Virus record (IMG/VR): IMGVR_UViG_3300030098_005088
Location: 1-53,806 of that record
Source: a virus
Lineage: Duplodnaviria; Caudoviricetes
DNA length: 53,806 nucleotides
Reading direction: 5' to 3' (one strand)
Shown: positions 39,301-47,096 of the stretch, in pieces
Layout: each line of letters opens with the position of its first letter
How positions within the stretch are numbered: the first letter of the stretch is position 1
The notes under the pieces: generated by a model
What the model was told of the DNA's origin: nothing
Database searches by the model: none
What the model saw: only the letters and a program-made list of their open reading frames with translations
Translations under genes and position numbers: made by a program

Positions 39301-39736
39301 ATTAGTTAAAGAATGGGGTAAAACATTAGATGGCGAAGCATTTAGAATGGTGGACAGAGATATAGAAAGAAACATAACTGATTTTAGAGTGCTCCCAGAA
39401 AGAAGTGATTCTCCTCACTGGAATAGAGTTGATGTTAAAAATGAAAGTGCTAGAAGAATAATGCAATCATATATGACAGGTTCTTATAGATTAGACCCTA
39501 TTGAACTATATAGACTTACTGCAGCATTAGATAAAACTAATAACAGTATGATAGATGTAAATAGAATGAGTGAATTAGTTAAAGGTTATTGGACTGATAT
39601 AAGTGATATTGACTTAGGTAGAGGTTCATTTAGATATTCCAGAAGGTCTATGAGAGAAAAAATGGAATTAAACAGAGAATATACTAAAAAAAGAGACGCA
39701 TTAGAGGCTATTGAAGAGTCGGCTTGCGGATTATAA
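30362..39736 (+). CDS. Giant virion protein with putative two-barrel (crAss-like) DNA-dependent RNA polymerase
   Basis: DADFDLDK catalytic-loop-like motif (37328-37351), upstream LRTPKDGINS, VDGEVFL, MDKTAF and FRSAVKVG in the order I recall for crAss-type virion RNAPs. Confidence 0.78.
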   Translation: MNYEEENSQYDYLANQPSYLDQLSGNQAGGSLEALKPIQYDSMQQWRVFDPQGYQSAISQLQEEQEQSQDPNYFLTDDKYIPGVSDLTTFVGSALWGATEAVSMGALTALNQSYRGEIGKSFGYEAWENAAVSGKAGYLAGSIPASLYTLGLTGKGLRAASGALGIGQKTLAKFGAKQVAKGTDDILSQVTKASGMSDDVATDVFQLANKSIKEGTDEALAAAETWKTSSRIKKNPFGDSDLRLDIQNRTRIAIKSKLDDMVKAGDDGAEWAAKVGANPNAIDNIVNESLKQAQQYGHLGAGNFSRALAIKLGDGKAASYVGDAVYESILLATHSAAHTIIGNYSADALDLSEEEYQRRSWMKDALFSAVTGWFFPAVRRIGGGKDVQIAWDGMIPRAQSGSLKDFQTMTKALWQKLNSQPKVTWDNAAKTFGKDSQFTPKQVQTMLRNIYNASGKSDDVFRNAGPGFNISFLTDSNALNHASSLKALYNAYNSVTKDALKIAVPMMKEIGKDLTQSMFRMVPGTVVMNAHTWHETDWDHYPADKMVVDVVTGMLFMKRKHRAPGEKLKDFYGSGEYTGAELAKYAKTLDILNYDKKTLDYYAGVYSTLDVNEQLAKQLVGRANKSTQDRRDLSAMVEKDKLNNIKLEEDITTRTARGEDVRSFEEHGALNYTKKIQEAKRLRDQGRDAEAKAIEQQATKELAEWDIARKLVASLELGVSKESIRHMTETEAIDFIKKLNSIKWKGKEVTHENVDDFLRESRIAAVNEVTADIQGLMEGYIKNSLNALGMWNDAMVQKGGRINVHKDVLDVLDIVNKDINHAKSAEVLKAVLHMADKLNIIRLGEEGIKFESSRRENPVGKETLDLLTQEYKAATDLMHDKVFNDGMSNWRNVVPGKTKEGFLDVNILAATPIWDAMHTNMLHMRNAVGYDLVTGRNLTGMKDNRLGELHDKIDRELYEGNANVAIKDVPSSKDVPHVQEVLDFINHYNQARKLTGRETGTKEIEFTQAEKFFQEVKAETGSIFTNKDHFAAFKDYMYQEYLTEVTGSDSIGRSLRRAVNMILDRDNPMALRNDQNGTTTMPSSKALEQVLLGNVSEQVRLSAAQTKEIRDLIEIYRQNIENTLKDKGNIIKFSDDLILSEASIYTRKDWQRQLTNMVTQIEGDKLFRMGHLMKNLDILKGLVENPMWSEVAHYKSLNDIAANKKEIEVLQREFADLRMNTLKLVELISNAAQYGDVTLLRTALDQQFNLERALVEVNEFTANKKAYGRDTTLGSLASQIDVMIKDIINKRNDKLGIDSYNDVQKFIESQSEINRYSDSAGRIVTERQTVSENVYLDRYQVGDRMMDMLRGNLKSTYDNFDGVSAAVKAVLNNPAIKNQPSHIREAILENLDKIGLNEQSYITQIVEPQLAHHWNVIKNTKKVKDANLTYSQFITDTFQLLTSSGGSSRIQIATYKGGGKLDLSTATVSNWNKGFNALIDVFGFDASPGSFLLVSQTHAAQGRLTSKLDMATIAQIRADLGAGIVPKFKMSELLTAAEQNELAKLISGNVVVGSGRRGAPQYGFFSLDSKTMVMINHNKYKSIIDQFRNQNSDAYNRFKDVLGPETVEAFIRDHLKIDKVNLTNPNESVNSEVIETVLRATRLAFDRPDVLRQWANGTLDPNDLPKVFKYYSLSSPKSGLALNQRVLKLTDAFVDRMFVNDPELVHIREKYMQHRVDAPKHRKFIIFDEKDPSGKTGFFDAYTRHRDRLERQLIEEFGMSPEVAKETATRLAEKTKAESKSTVDGEVFLSLPEMISMLVPKGADKSWFVWDKGEIVGFNVAIKPVVSHSEVSKNGAMTVVMDKTAFKFDPVMDKAMRNADGKYWTDSIAFRSAVKVGKKSNGWGLEPTDIGVGIKLDTPLEKELGGRFSDWKEVVAKGLGASPKGLINPGMVEVDRANILLKSISGKHKGSVSVAYGNFLSNDAQKVLDNWLGSTANIFDLTRKLSVMKDNPYALLQVGREMSRNELQSGDRSSRLSGLEFILSEGGLPTYEFMRPQIEKSLTSYYMNTQNFVNGEIKFGGYNVMTAGSGLSDPIRHAGIQTSFGGSAVPHFTGEQVIGHMLSSTHADGIPLVMKLSSAKAKELNRVLIDKIKKTGLKLEVEDANFFAKGEEYLGLHSLSGDMVTGPIIGKINRIILDGNRTTNREIDQTFRNKINTAVRETLIDVIAKDYRGILKNASIEIDKSNISYSDFVKYLDRGFDKNLIETSDQLNREYRVKTGKNANSGYAATKTGYDGIFASAIDLRTPKDGINSWVISKVEKILDKRRGAVSEINQADAINPQDADFDLDKSAQFTTSPSKVVEEIYGGAGYHQKSSIEILKKAGMELKIEGPTYEVYVNEMLAQLDSQRAPLVRQHSIASFIMQYFSSVNEARMYNILKPGYRTGVDFTDGISRVSNSIHDTAVISEFKGSNDQLYKVSFREAGEFVDSVQFMKSMIKEMIDVHGSPKDLGGVNTRDFFWFSNKVGLFKIQKKDFKSGKYEEINWNDMSADVRAVQKGLSKHVVKPLNDIFNLKNGVETLSDGSSRKLTVYDYVSIFNNAKWEMSRLKPFKVWDPTQKKMVSVTPYMDRNKRPMLESFANDMLAFLGDGWSQRNGTANHPLIKGLNELSKALDKQFTGRDIQRNDLLANLIEGKMHPTDEVVSKALKEYVRDEQRWVELSSVRWEINRLSDILNDMQVFRQDKTNEYAKKQARLERLSKIMDAAETEFNNTYIGKAIPKTKRGGYSATEVTRVYKLNANKEVIDFTDYRPGEFIKFNRGDVVIENPRRYVISDNLDQDHRRAMYRAFGNRNKGVSEFDAFHKNGYIRELKRDLFSKIGDLNKNSSDQTIRDSQFYSDISEMELSIMRDVYNKAKMRGDAYATQFLWSLLTPKVNQNVVSIMNYDAHANSYFNSFYFNSNKRSEKLVVSFLSRAMEGKVPEISSNDARSILKNIDKRKNLALVKEWGKTLDGEAFRMVDRDIERNITDFRVLPERSDSPHWNRVDVKNESARRIMQSYMTGSYRLDPIELYRLTAALDKTNNSMIDVNRMSELVKGYWTDISDIDLGRGSFRYSRRSMREKMELNREYTKKRDALEAIEESACGL

Positions 39737-39745
39737 AGGGGAATT

Positions 39746-42733
39746 ATGAGTTATTGCCACGGACAAAGATTTAATACTGAAGAACAAAAAACTAGAGTTA
39801 AAGATGTGAAGAAAGTAGTCTCTGGTTTTGTTAGTAACCCTAAGGTTGTTGCTACAGGATATGGTGATTTCAGTACATTTAAATGGCTCTGGAATAAGGC
39901 TACTGGGACTCCCTGGGATCCTGTAACATTTAAAATAGATAAGTCTGATATAGCAAGGTTTAAAGTTGAGGCTTCTGATTTTATATCAGAAATAGGTAAA
40001 AATCCTGCAGGGTGGAGGCAATGGTTTAAACTTCCTAAAAGATTAACAGATAAAATGCCTGAAACTGAAGCTTTTACTCAAGGAATATCTGATGCAATAT
40101 CTTTCAGACAAAGACATTTAAGAGAAAATGGTGTTAAAGTAGATAGCATGCTTAAAGGTTTAGAAAAAATGTTTCATATGGAAGAATATTATGGAAAAGC
40201 TATAAAAAAATCAGATTATAGAGAGTATCAAAACTTAGAATTAGAATTAGAGCTTGCTAAATCAGTAACCCAAAGAAGAAAAGCTTTAGATAAGATTATT
40301 AAAAAAGCAGGATTAAAAGATTCTGATAACAATCCAGTATTAGGGCAGATATTATTTAGATTTAATGATTTAATTACTTTTAGATCAAATGCTAAGAATG
40401 AAGTAGAAAGACAGATACAAAGAGATTGGAATGATGTAAGGAAAGATTCAGCTTCTATGGCATTATCTGGTATAAATCATGCAAAAAGATTAATACAAAC
40501 TGTAAAAGACCTGCCTACAAGACATCGACTTAAGTTGGCTATTTCTAGATTAGAATCGGCTGCAAATAGAATATTCTTTCAATCTAAAACAGATAATCTT
40601 AAAATAGTAAAAGACCCAGATTTATCTCAGTTTAGAATAAAAGAGAACGAAATTCAAGTTTATGATGCTGACTCTAATACTATGAAGCCTCATAAAGTAT
40701 ATGACCCTTCTACAAATAAATTTGAAACTCCTATAGAGCTTACAAAGTATGCTCCAGAATATGTTATAGAATTAGCAAATACAACTAGATATATTACTGA
40801 GTTTGCAATGAATCCTAAAGATGCTAGATTTAAAGATATGACAGCAGATAAGATATTAAATGAAATTGAAACTAAAGTTGATTTAGGTTCTATGATCAAT
40901 AGACTTAAAGCTAAAGGAGATGCTCAGTCAGAGCATTTTTATTCATTAGACCCAGCTTTCTATCTAAAGAAATATATACATGATGTATCTCATTTTAACT
41001 TTGCTACTAAAATACATTTAGATTATAAGAATGCAGTAGATAAGATGTTTAGTGTTATTCGTAAGGGTAAATATAATACTGCGGAGCTATCTGATTGGGC
41101 TAAGTCTCATTTAGATGTATTAACAGATATTAAAGACTCTGCTTTAAACATGCATGAAGGTAAAATAGCTGAAATGAATAATGTAGTAAGAGCTATTACA
41201 GGCTTAGAATATATATCAAAGTTAGGATTTAGTATAAAAGGTGCTATCAAGAATAGAACTCAAGGTCTGTTTGATTTTATACAATTTGGAACTAGGATAT
41301 ATACTAAGGTTCCTGATTTTTATTCATCTAATAAGATGCACGTAGAAATGGCTGATAGACAGATGAATAGATTTGGTTTTAAATTCGGAGAAAAAGCTAC
41401 TGCTGCTGGCATAGCTGAAGCCACTAGAGGTTCTATAGATATTGAAAAAGCTAATAGAATAGACCCTGAAAAAGGATTAACTATTGAAGGAATGAGTAAA
41501 GGAACTGTTGCTAACAGAGCTATTGATGCTTCTGCTGACTTCGCATCAGGTTTCTGGGGCCCTTTATCTCATAAAGGAGTTGAGAATTCAAACAGAATTA
41601 ATACATTTAAGCGTTCTTTTGCTTTAACATATATGGAAATGATGAAACAATCTGATTATTGGGCTAAAGAATGGATGAGATCTAGGAATACTAATGTTGA
41701 ACCATCAGATAAACAGCTTGCTGAGTTTATAGAGTATAAAGCTGGTAATTTATCTGCTAATATGGTTAAGACGCTTCACTTTGAATATGATAGGTGGGCT
41801 AAGGCTAAAGTATTAAAAACTGGTCCAGGTCAAGTTGTAGGTCAGTTCCAAACTTTTAAATTTGCATTCTGGGATTTACAATATCAAATGTTGAAAGGTG
41901 CTGTCAAGGATGCTAGAGCTGGAACTATGATAAGGGATGGAAAAATATCCCCTGAAGTTGCTAGAGCTATGAGATTATTATCAATGTATTCATTTATAAC
42001 TTATGGCATATCAGCATTAACTGACCATGATTTTACAAATGTTATACAGAATGATAGCTTTCAGTTTATGAGTCAAATAAGTGATTGGCTAACAGCTGAT
42101 CCAGATAGCGCTACAACAAATGAAGAATTTGAAAGAGAAGTAAAGAAAAAACACATGTCTTTCTTTGGAGGAGGTCCTTTGGTAGGTAATATGGGTCCTG
42201 CGGTAAATGATTTACTTGCATTAGCAGAACTATATGATTTCTGGGATAGAACTCCAGCTGAATACCAAGAACTGCTTCATCATAAATACAATCCAGATGA
42301 CCCTAAATGGAATGAAAATGTGGATAGAATCATAATGGGTAATGCATTAGCTAGATGGAAATGGCATGTAATACCTTCTTTATTAAGAGGTTCTGAAGAA
42401 TCCACATTAAGACAGGTTACAGGTCTATATCAACCTAAATGGGTTGATAAATGGATACCTATTGATCCGTTCAACATGAGAGATATGGATGAGTCTTTTT
42501 CTAAGCAAAGAAGAGATTGGCTTAAAGATAAGCCCTGGAGTGTAGCTAATTTATATTCTAAATATATATTAGATGGTCAAAAAGAAGTATTTAAAAAGTC
42601 TAACAAGAAGGGCTCTATTAATGACTATTATAGACTAACAGGACAATCACATTTAAAACCACCATCTGTCGAAACTGGGGAAAGTCTGGAAGCGATAGAT
42701 ATACTAGATAAGATATTAGCTGGGGAATTATAA
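39746..42733 (+). CDS. Large internal virion / ejection protein
   Basis: 995 aa helical; LHFEYDRWAK...VGQFQTF segment resembling podovirus ejection proteins; last gene of the arm. Confidence 0.6.
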   Translation: MSYCHGQRFNTEEQKTRVKDVKKVVSGFVSNPKVVATGYGDFSTFKWLWNKATGTPWDPVTFKIDKSDIARFKVEASDFISEIGKNPAGWRQWFKLPKRLTDKMPETEAFTQGISDAISFRQRHLRENGVKVDSMLKGLEKMFHMEEYYGKAIKKSDYREYQNLELELELAKSVTQRRKALDKIIKKAGLKDSDNNPVLGQILFRFNDLITFRSNAKNEVERQIQRDWNDVRKDSASMALSGINHAKRLIQTVKDLPTRHRLKLAISRLESAANRIFFQSKTDNLKIVKDPDLSQFRIKENEIQVYDADSNTMKPHKVYDPSTNKFETPIELTKYAPEYVIELANTTRYITEFAMNPKDARFKDMTADKILNEIETKVDLGSMINRLKAKGDAQSEHFYSLDPAFYLKKYIHDVSHFNFATKIHLDYKNAVDKMFSVIRKGKYNTAELSDWAKSHLDVLTDIKDSALNMHEGKIAEMNNVVRAITGLEYISKLGFSIKGAIKNRTQGLFDFIQFGTRIYTKVPDFYSSNKMHVEMADRQMNRFGFKFGEKATAAGIAEATRGSIDIEKANRIDPEKGLTIEGMSKGTVANRAIDASADFASGFWGPLSHKGVENSNRINTFKRSFALTYMEMMKQSDYWAKEWMRSRNTNVEPSDKQLAEFIEYKAGNLSANMVKTLHFEYDRWAKAKVLKTGPGQVVGQFQTFKFAFWDLQYQMLKGAVKDARAGTMIRDGKISPEVARAMRLLSMYSFITYGISALTDHDFTNVIQNDSFQFMSQISDWLTADPDSATTNEEFEREVKKKHMSFFGGGPLVGNMGPAVNDLLALAELYDFWDRTPAEYQELLHHKYNPDDPKWNENVDRIIMGNALARWKWHVIPSLLRGSEESTLRQVTGLYQPKWVDKWIPIDPFNMRDMDESFSKQRRDWLKDKPWSVANLYSKYILDGQKEVFKKSNKKGSINDYYRLTGQSHLKPPSVETGESLEAIDILDKILAGEL

Positions 42734-42747
42734 AACCCCCAGCTTTT
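42718..42747 (+). terminator. Rho-independent terminator at the arm convergence
   Basis: AGCTGGGG-loop-CCCCAGCT followed by TTT. Confidence 0.75.
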
Positions 42748-42751
42748 ATCT

Positions 42752-42928
42752 TTACTTCTTGTAGCGATAGTCTCCTATACTTCTCCTTGTTGTTTGCAAC
42801 ATAGTTTCGCATAAGTTTAAGACTTTATGATAGTTATAACCATCAATACTTTTACTTAGCTCCATCATATGATGCACACAGGTTAAGAATTCGACTCTCG
42901 CATTAACTTTCATCGTTTTATCGTTCAT
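42752..42928 (-). CDS. Small hypothetical protein (58 aa, MNDKTMKVNARVEF...)
   Basis: Manual translation; ATGA overlap with the primase-helicase stop; GAGG SD. Confidence 0.5.
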   Translation of the reverse strand: MNDKTMKVNARVEFLTCVHHMMELSKSIDGYNYHKVLNLCETMLQTTRRSIGDYRYKK

Positions 42929-44685
42929 GATTCCTCTCCGAATGCAGCTTTTATGTTTAGATTATCTAACATTAGCTTTATGTTTATCTGTTCTTTTTCT
43001 CTGTTCTTATCACTTTTCAATTGAAGATGTGTCACTAGCCCGTTTTCTCCTTTAAATGGCTTGATTGATAGCAATTTATTCGCATTATAGGCAATTCTAA
43101 ACGAACCTCTGGCAGATGCTATATCTACTCCATCTCTGAACGCAGCTTTAGTTATTTCGGAAACAGCAAATACTGTAAGATTATACTTAACAGCAACTTC
43201 CATTAACGATTGCGATACTTCTTCCATTTTCATATTTAGGTCTTGATGCTTACTTTGCATTAAACCCATATGGTCTATTATGAGTACTTCTGGAACTCTC
43301 GGTAACATACTTATTCTTTTATCTAATTCATATGTAAAAGGCGCTGAGAAATCTACCATTAAATAATCAAACTCTTTGTCTATGCCGTTTTTCTGCATAA
43401 CTTGATAATGATTCTTTAGGTCTTCTTCACTCCATCCTTTATGTATTTGAATGAATCTAGAGAATAATTGTCTTGGAGACATCTCCATTTCTACAAATAG
43501 TGTAGGTTTCTTTAATGAAACAACCCAATTTTGTAAGAGCATTGTCTTCATACTAGCAGGCGGTGCCTGTAATATAACTACTTCACCTGGATAAACTGGA
43601 AAATCCTGTCCATACAGAGCTCCTAAATTAATAGGTTCTACATTTGAAGCATAGAAATTAATAAGTGCTTTCTCCATTGAGGTAGCATCCATTGTATTCT
43701 GCGACTTCTTACTCTTGTATAATCTACATGTTGAACTGCAATGAGAATCCATAATCTGATCACTACAACCATATCTATTTCCATTACCACCATGTCCATC
43801 ATAACAAGAATCCACTATCTTACTCATCTCTTCGGATGTGAACTGATATTTATCACGATCTACTTGTCTTCTCCAATCTTCCATTATTATTCTTACTGTT
43901 CTTTCTGGGTATCTCCATCTTAAATGAGCAGCTATACGTAATGCAGTAGCATGTCTCTTTCCAATGGCTGTTCCTTGAAGCATTCTTTGAATACACGTGT
44001 AATAGATTGGATCAGGAGACCTTCCTTGGTCTTCTATCTTTACTTTCTGTACTTCTTTTTTAGGCTTGGTATTTGTTCTAATATCAAACACAGGAGCACA
44101 ATCAGTATTAACTGTTTTTATAGGATGAGTTTGTTTAGCCCATGATAATATATTAGATTCGTTAAAATCTTTTTCATGTGTAGGTTCTAGCATGACTTTA
44201 AATAGTCCTGATTTAGAGTTCCTAGTATTAGCTATTCTAATTATCCTTGTTTTATCAGTTACAGATGGGTCAGCATATTCATAGATTCCATATCTAGTTA
44301 AAACTTCTTTTACTTTTGTATGAAGATTGTCACAAGGACTCCATCTAAATGCTGTTCCAGGTATATGTATATGAAATCCTGTACCACTAAAATATGTGAT
44401 ATTAGGCACATCTAAACTACCTAGTAAGGTTTTAAGTTTTTGAACTTTTAACCATGCTTTTCCTATACTAGCTCCATCTACATCTAGTATAAATTCATCA
44501 GGCATATAGATTTCTCCACTAAACCCTGATAATGTCTTATGTTTAGAGAAGTAATGTATTACAGTCTCATCATAATCATATAATGAACAGAATGTATCTG
44601 TATTACTATTTCTAAAGTCATTAATCTTCTCTGCATCATGAAAATGATGTCTTTTATTTAAACCAAAAGCAAATTCTTTAATCAT
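42925..44685 (-). CDS. AEP primase / PriL-like domain / DnaB-like helicase fusion
   Basis: FILDVD, YFSGTGFH, RIIRIANTRNSKSGLFK (AEP); C...YGC...C...C; APPASMKT, FVEMEM, LIIDHM (SF4 helicase); start MIKEFAFG with GGAGG SD. Confidence 0.88.
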   Translation of the reverse strand: MIKEFAFGLNKRHHFHDAEKINDFRNSNTDTFCSLYDYDETVIHYFSKHKTLSGFSGEIYMPDEFILDVDGASIGKAWLKVQKLKTLLGSLDVPNITYFSGTGFHIHIPGTAFRWSPCDNLHTKVKEVLTRYGIYEYADPSVTDKTRIIRIANTRNSKSGLFKVMLEPTHEKDFNESNILSWAKQTHPIKTVNTDCAPVFDIRTNTKPKKEVQKVKIEDQGRSPDPIYYTCIQRMLQGTAIGKRHATALRIAAHLRWRYPERTVRIIMEDWRRQVDRDKYQFTSEEMSKIVDSCYDGHGGNGNRYGCSDQIMDSHCSSTCRLYKSKKSQNTMDATSMEKALINFYASNVEPINLGALYGQDFPVYPGEVVILQAPPASMKTMLLQNWVVSLKKPTLFVEMEMSPRQLFSRFIQIHKGWSEEDLKNHYQVMQKNGIDKEFDYLMVDFSAPFTYELDKRISMLPRVPEVLIIDHMGLMQSKHQDLNMKMEEVSQSLMEVAVKYNLTVFAVSEITKAAFRDGVDIASARGSFRIAYNANKLLSIKPFKGENGLVTHLQLKSDKNREKEQINIKLMLDNLNIKAAFGEES

Positions 44686-45040
44686 ATTTGCCTCCAATCA
44701 GTCTTGCAAACTCCTTAAACTCTATTATTGCATATGTTTTCGTATTATTACGTTTGATTACTAACACGGGAACTCTATCTTCGCAGTTAGTTTCTGCTTG
44801 TTCTAGTGCTCCCCATAAGTTTAATCTTTCTACATTTTTGCATTCAAAAGAATAAGGTATTGTTTGTTTAGCTTTAGGACTCAAGATTATATCTTCACCA
44901 GGCATCCCCATTGTCTGAGATTTAATATCATCATCTTCTAATCTCGGAACTTTAGTAGTTTCAACAAATATCTTTCTTAGTTGATCCCTGACCCAGTTCT
45001 GAAGTCTTCTTCCTTTAGCTTTAGAGCTTTTTATTTTCAT
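44678..45040 (-). CDS. Holliday junction resolvase-like PD-(D/E)xK nuclease
   Basis: SSKAKGRRLQ, GEDI, SFECKN, PVLVIKRN. Confidence 0.85.
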   Translation of the reverse strand: MKIKSSKAKGRRLQNWVRDQLRKIFVETTKVPRLEDDDIKSQTMGMPGEDIILSPKAKQTIPYSFECKNVERLNLWGALEQAETNCEDRVPVLVIKRNNTKTYAIIEFKEFARLIGGKYD

Positions 45041-45371
45041 AGTTATCTAGTTCCTCCACAATTGAGTCAATTTTAAGAGTTCTATCATAATCTTCTTTTG
45101 CTTCTTCAGCAGAAGGCTGACTATTATATCTAAACTCATACGTCCTTTTTTTTTGAGATTCAATTATTATTCTAGGCTCATCATCAGGATAGTATCTTTG
45201 ATCATAATCTGTGAAGTCTTCCTTTCCACATAAAACCCATTGTAAAGCTTCAATCCATCCTAAATTTATAAGTTCGTCTTCAGAATGATAAGGCTGTTTT
45301 ATGAATTCTTCTTGAACAAGCATAAGCTCTTTTAAATGAAACTTTATTTCATCTTTACTTGGTTTTTGCAT
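45021..45371 (-). CDS. Hypothetical protein
   Basis: AGGAGG SD; GWIEALQWVL motif. Confidence 0.7.
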   Translation of the reverse strand: MQKPSKDEIKFHLKELMLVQEEFIKQPYHSEDELINLGWIEALQWVLCGKEDFTDYDQRYYPDDEPRIIIESQKKRTYEFRYNSQPSAEEAKEDYDRTLKIDSIVEELDNYENKKL

Positions 45372-45591
45372 TCCACCCTCCTTTAGGTATTAAACCCTGT
45401 TTTTTTGCTGACTTTATATCCAGCTCACATCTTTCGCGCATCTTACGAAGAGCATCATCCATGCGCTGATTTTCCGATTGGACCACAGACTTTGTTTCAG
45501 ACACTCTTCGTTCGATTTCTTCTAAAATGGCATCCACTGCTAAGATGTGTTTGCGGATTTGTTTTAGTTTACTACTTATCTTCTTCTGCAT
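45355..45591 (-). CDS. Hypothetical coiled-coil protein
   Basis: Overlaps both neighbours in the operon. Confidence 0.6.
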   Translation of the reverse strand: MQKKISSKLKQIRKHILAVDAILEEIERRVSETKSVVQSENQRMDDALRKMRERCELDIKSAKKQGLIPKGGWNAKTK

Positions 45592-45760
45592 ATGACGCAG
45601 CTACAAAGATATGGCCATCATTCTTCCATGCAGCTAATAATAAAGTAGTACCTTTAGGTAAACCATCTTCTAACTTTAAATTACCTCTAAAGTCAGGTTG
45701 TTTGCCTTGTTTATCTTCATTTGCATTAAGATAAGCGTTACCTAGTTTCACGTATTCCAT
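45572..45760 (-). CDS. Small DUF736-like (putative ssDNA-binding) protein
   Basis: NEDKQGKQPDFRG...LAAWKN. Confidence 0.6.
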   Translation of the reverse strand: MEYVKLGNAYLNANEDKQGKQPDFRGNLKLEDGLPKGTTLLLAAWKNDGHIFVAASYAEEDK

Positions 45761-46121
45761 TACTTGTTTCCCCCTTTAAACGGTTATAGTAATATTTTGA
45801 TTTATTTGGATATTTCATATCTTCTGAGTCTATCATTCCCCATAATATACTTAAATAAACCATAGCGTCAGTTAGTCGACCTCTAACATCTTCTCTCTGA
45901 GATTGATGTCCTCTTAGATAAGAAGCAATTCCATCTACGTGTTTCATGAAATATATCCATAAAATCATCTTCTTATCAAATCCAGTTTGCTCAGCAATTC
46001 TTTCAAAGTTAGCAAAGACGTTATCTTCATCCATTGCATACTCCTTCTGACCTTTTCTATGAGTGTCCATAATTTCTGTCATTATATCGCTCATTAATTC
46101 TATCATGTGATCATGTTTCAT
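45738..46121 (-). CDS. All-alpha NTP pyrophosphatase-like protein (nucleotide-modification-associated, DUF1599/MazG-like)
   Basis: KGQKEYA...FANFE...KH...RLTDAMVYL; start MKHDHM by ATGA coupling. Confidence 0.7.
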   Translation of the reverse strand: MKHDHMIELMSDIMTEIMDTHRKGQKEYAMDEDNVFANFERIAEQTGFDKKMILWIYFMKHVDGIASYLRGHQSQREDVRGRLTDAMVYLSILWGMIDSEDMKYPNKSKYYYNRLKGETSNGIRETR

Positions 46122-46291
46122 TTGCCAAACCACCCATCTCGCCATTGTTTTTCTATAGATGCAGCATTTGCTGTCTTATATGACTTTTTCTTCTTTTTAC
46201 TCATAGCTTTTTTTCTAGCTAAAGCTGCTCTTTCTTTATGAGCTGTACTAGTACTTAAGTTAACTAGTGTAACTTTCTTTTTCTTTGTCAT
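46118..46291 (-). CDS. Small very basic protein (57 aa, MTKKKKVTLVNL...WRDGWFGK)
   Basis: Manual translation; ATGA overlaps at both ends. Confidence 0.6.
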   Translation of the reverse strand: MTKKKKVTLVNLSTSTAHKERAALARKKAMSKKKKKSYKTANAASIEKQWRDGWFGK

Positions 46292-46779
46292 TTTATCCCC
46301 CTGACATATGATTTCTTGATCAATCTACATCCTGGAACCTCTTCCCCTTCTTTAAGCTTATTTAAAATAGCTTTTTTATCTAATTTTTGGGTGGTTACTG
46401 TGATATAGTATTCATCTGGAATTAACTCTTCATCTATTATGTCTACAGAACCTGCTGACTCTAAGACTTTAATAGGATTAAATACATCATGACTTGGTAA
46501 TTGATTTGTATCAGCATAAGTATTTACAACGTAAGATTTTAAGCTTTCTTGGCTCTTTTTTAAGAACTTGATGTAAGCCTTTAACTTATCTAATTGCTTG
46601 CTAAATAATATCAATTCTCCTTCAATTTCTCCATGAAGATATTGCATTCCATTTTCTTTAGTAAATCTTTCTTGAAATAATTCTTGCAGCCTTAATTCAG
46701 CTTCTTCTGAATTGAAAACTTCTATTTCATTTTGAGCTACTAATATATCTCTTGTTATTGCTATTAACGATCTTTGCAT
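46288..46779 (-). CDS. Siphovirus Gp157-like protein
   Basis: SVDIIDEELIPDEY...KLDKKAILNKLKEGEEVPGCRL. Confidence 0.8.
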   Translation of the reverse strand: MQRSLIAITRDILVAQNEIEVFNSEEAELRLQELFQERFTKENGMQYLHGEIEGELILFSKQLDKLKAYIKFLKKSQESLKSYVVNTYADTNQLPSHDVFNPIKVLESAGSVDIIDEELIPDEYYITVTTQKLDKKAILNKLKEGEEVPGCRLIKKSYVRGIK

Positions 46780-47021
46780 ATTCTTACTCCTTTTAATCCT
46801 CCATTATACTTGAAGAATTGCATGTTCTTTTCTTTAACTAAGCCTTTAAATATATAATAAGGATATGTTTTTCTCTCTGAGGTCCATACAACTGATTCTA
46901 TAATCATTTTATGTAAATCATGTTTCTTTCCTCTGTAATGCAATGTATATTGCGGCATACCTATTGACTTACTTTTAGCTGAGTTAAAGAAATACCAAAA
47001 TCTATAAGGCGTTTCTCTCAT
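46764..47021 (-). CDS. Hypothetical protein
   Basis: GGAG SD; overlap with the next gene. Confidence 0.65.
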   Translation of the reverse strand: MRETPYRFWYFFNSAKSKSIGMPQYTLHYRGKKHDLHKMIIESVVWTSERKTYPYYIFKGLVKEKNMQFFKYNGGLKGVRICKDR

Positions 47022-47096
47022 AACGATTCTCTCCGAAGGCTGAGTTCTTGTTCTCTCATTTAAGATAGTATTAGTTAGCTACCACCTTCTTTGAGT

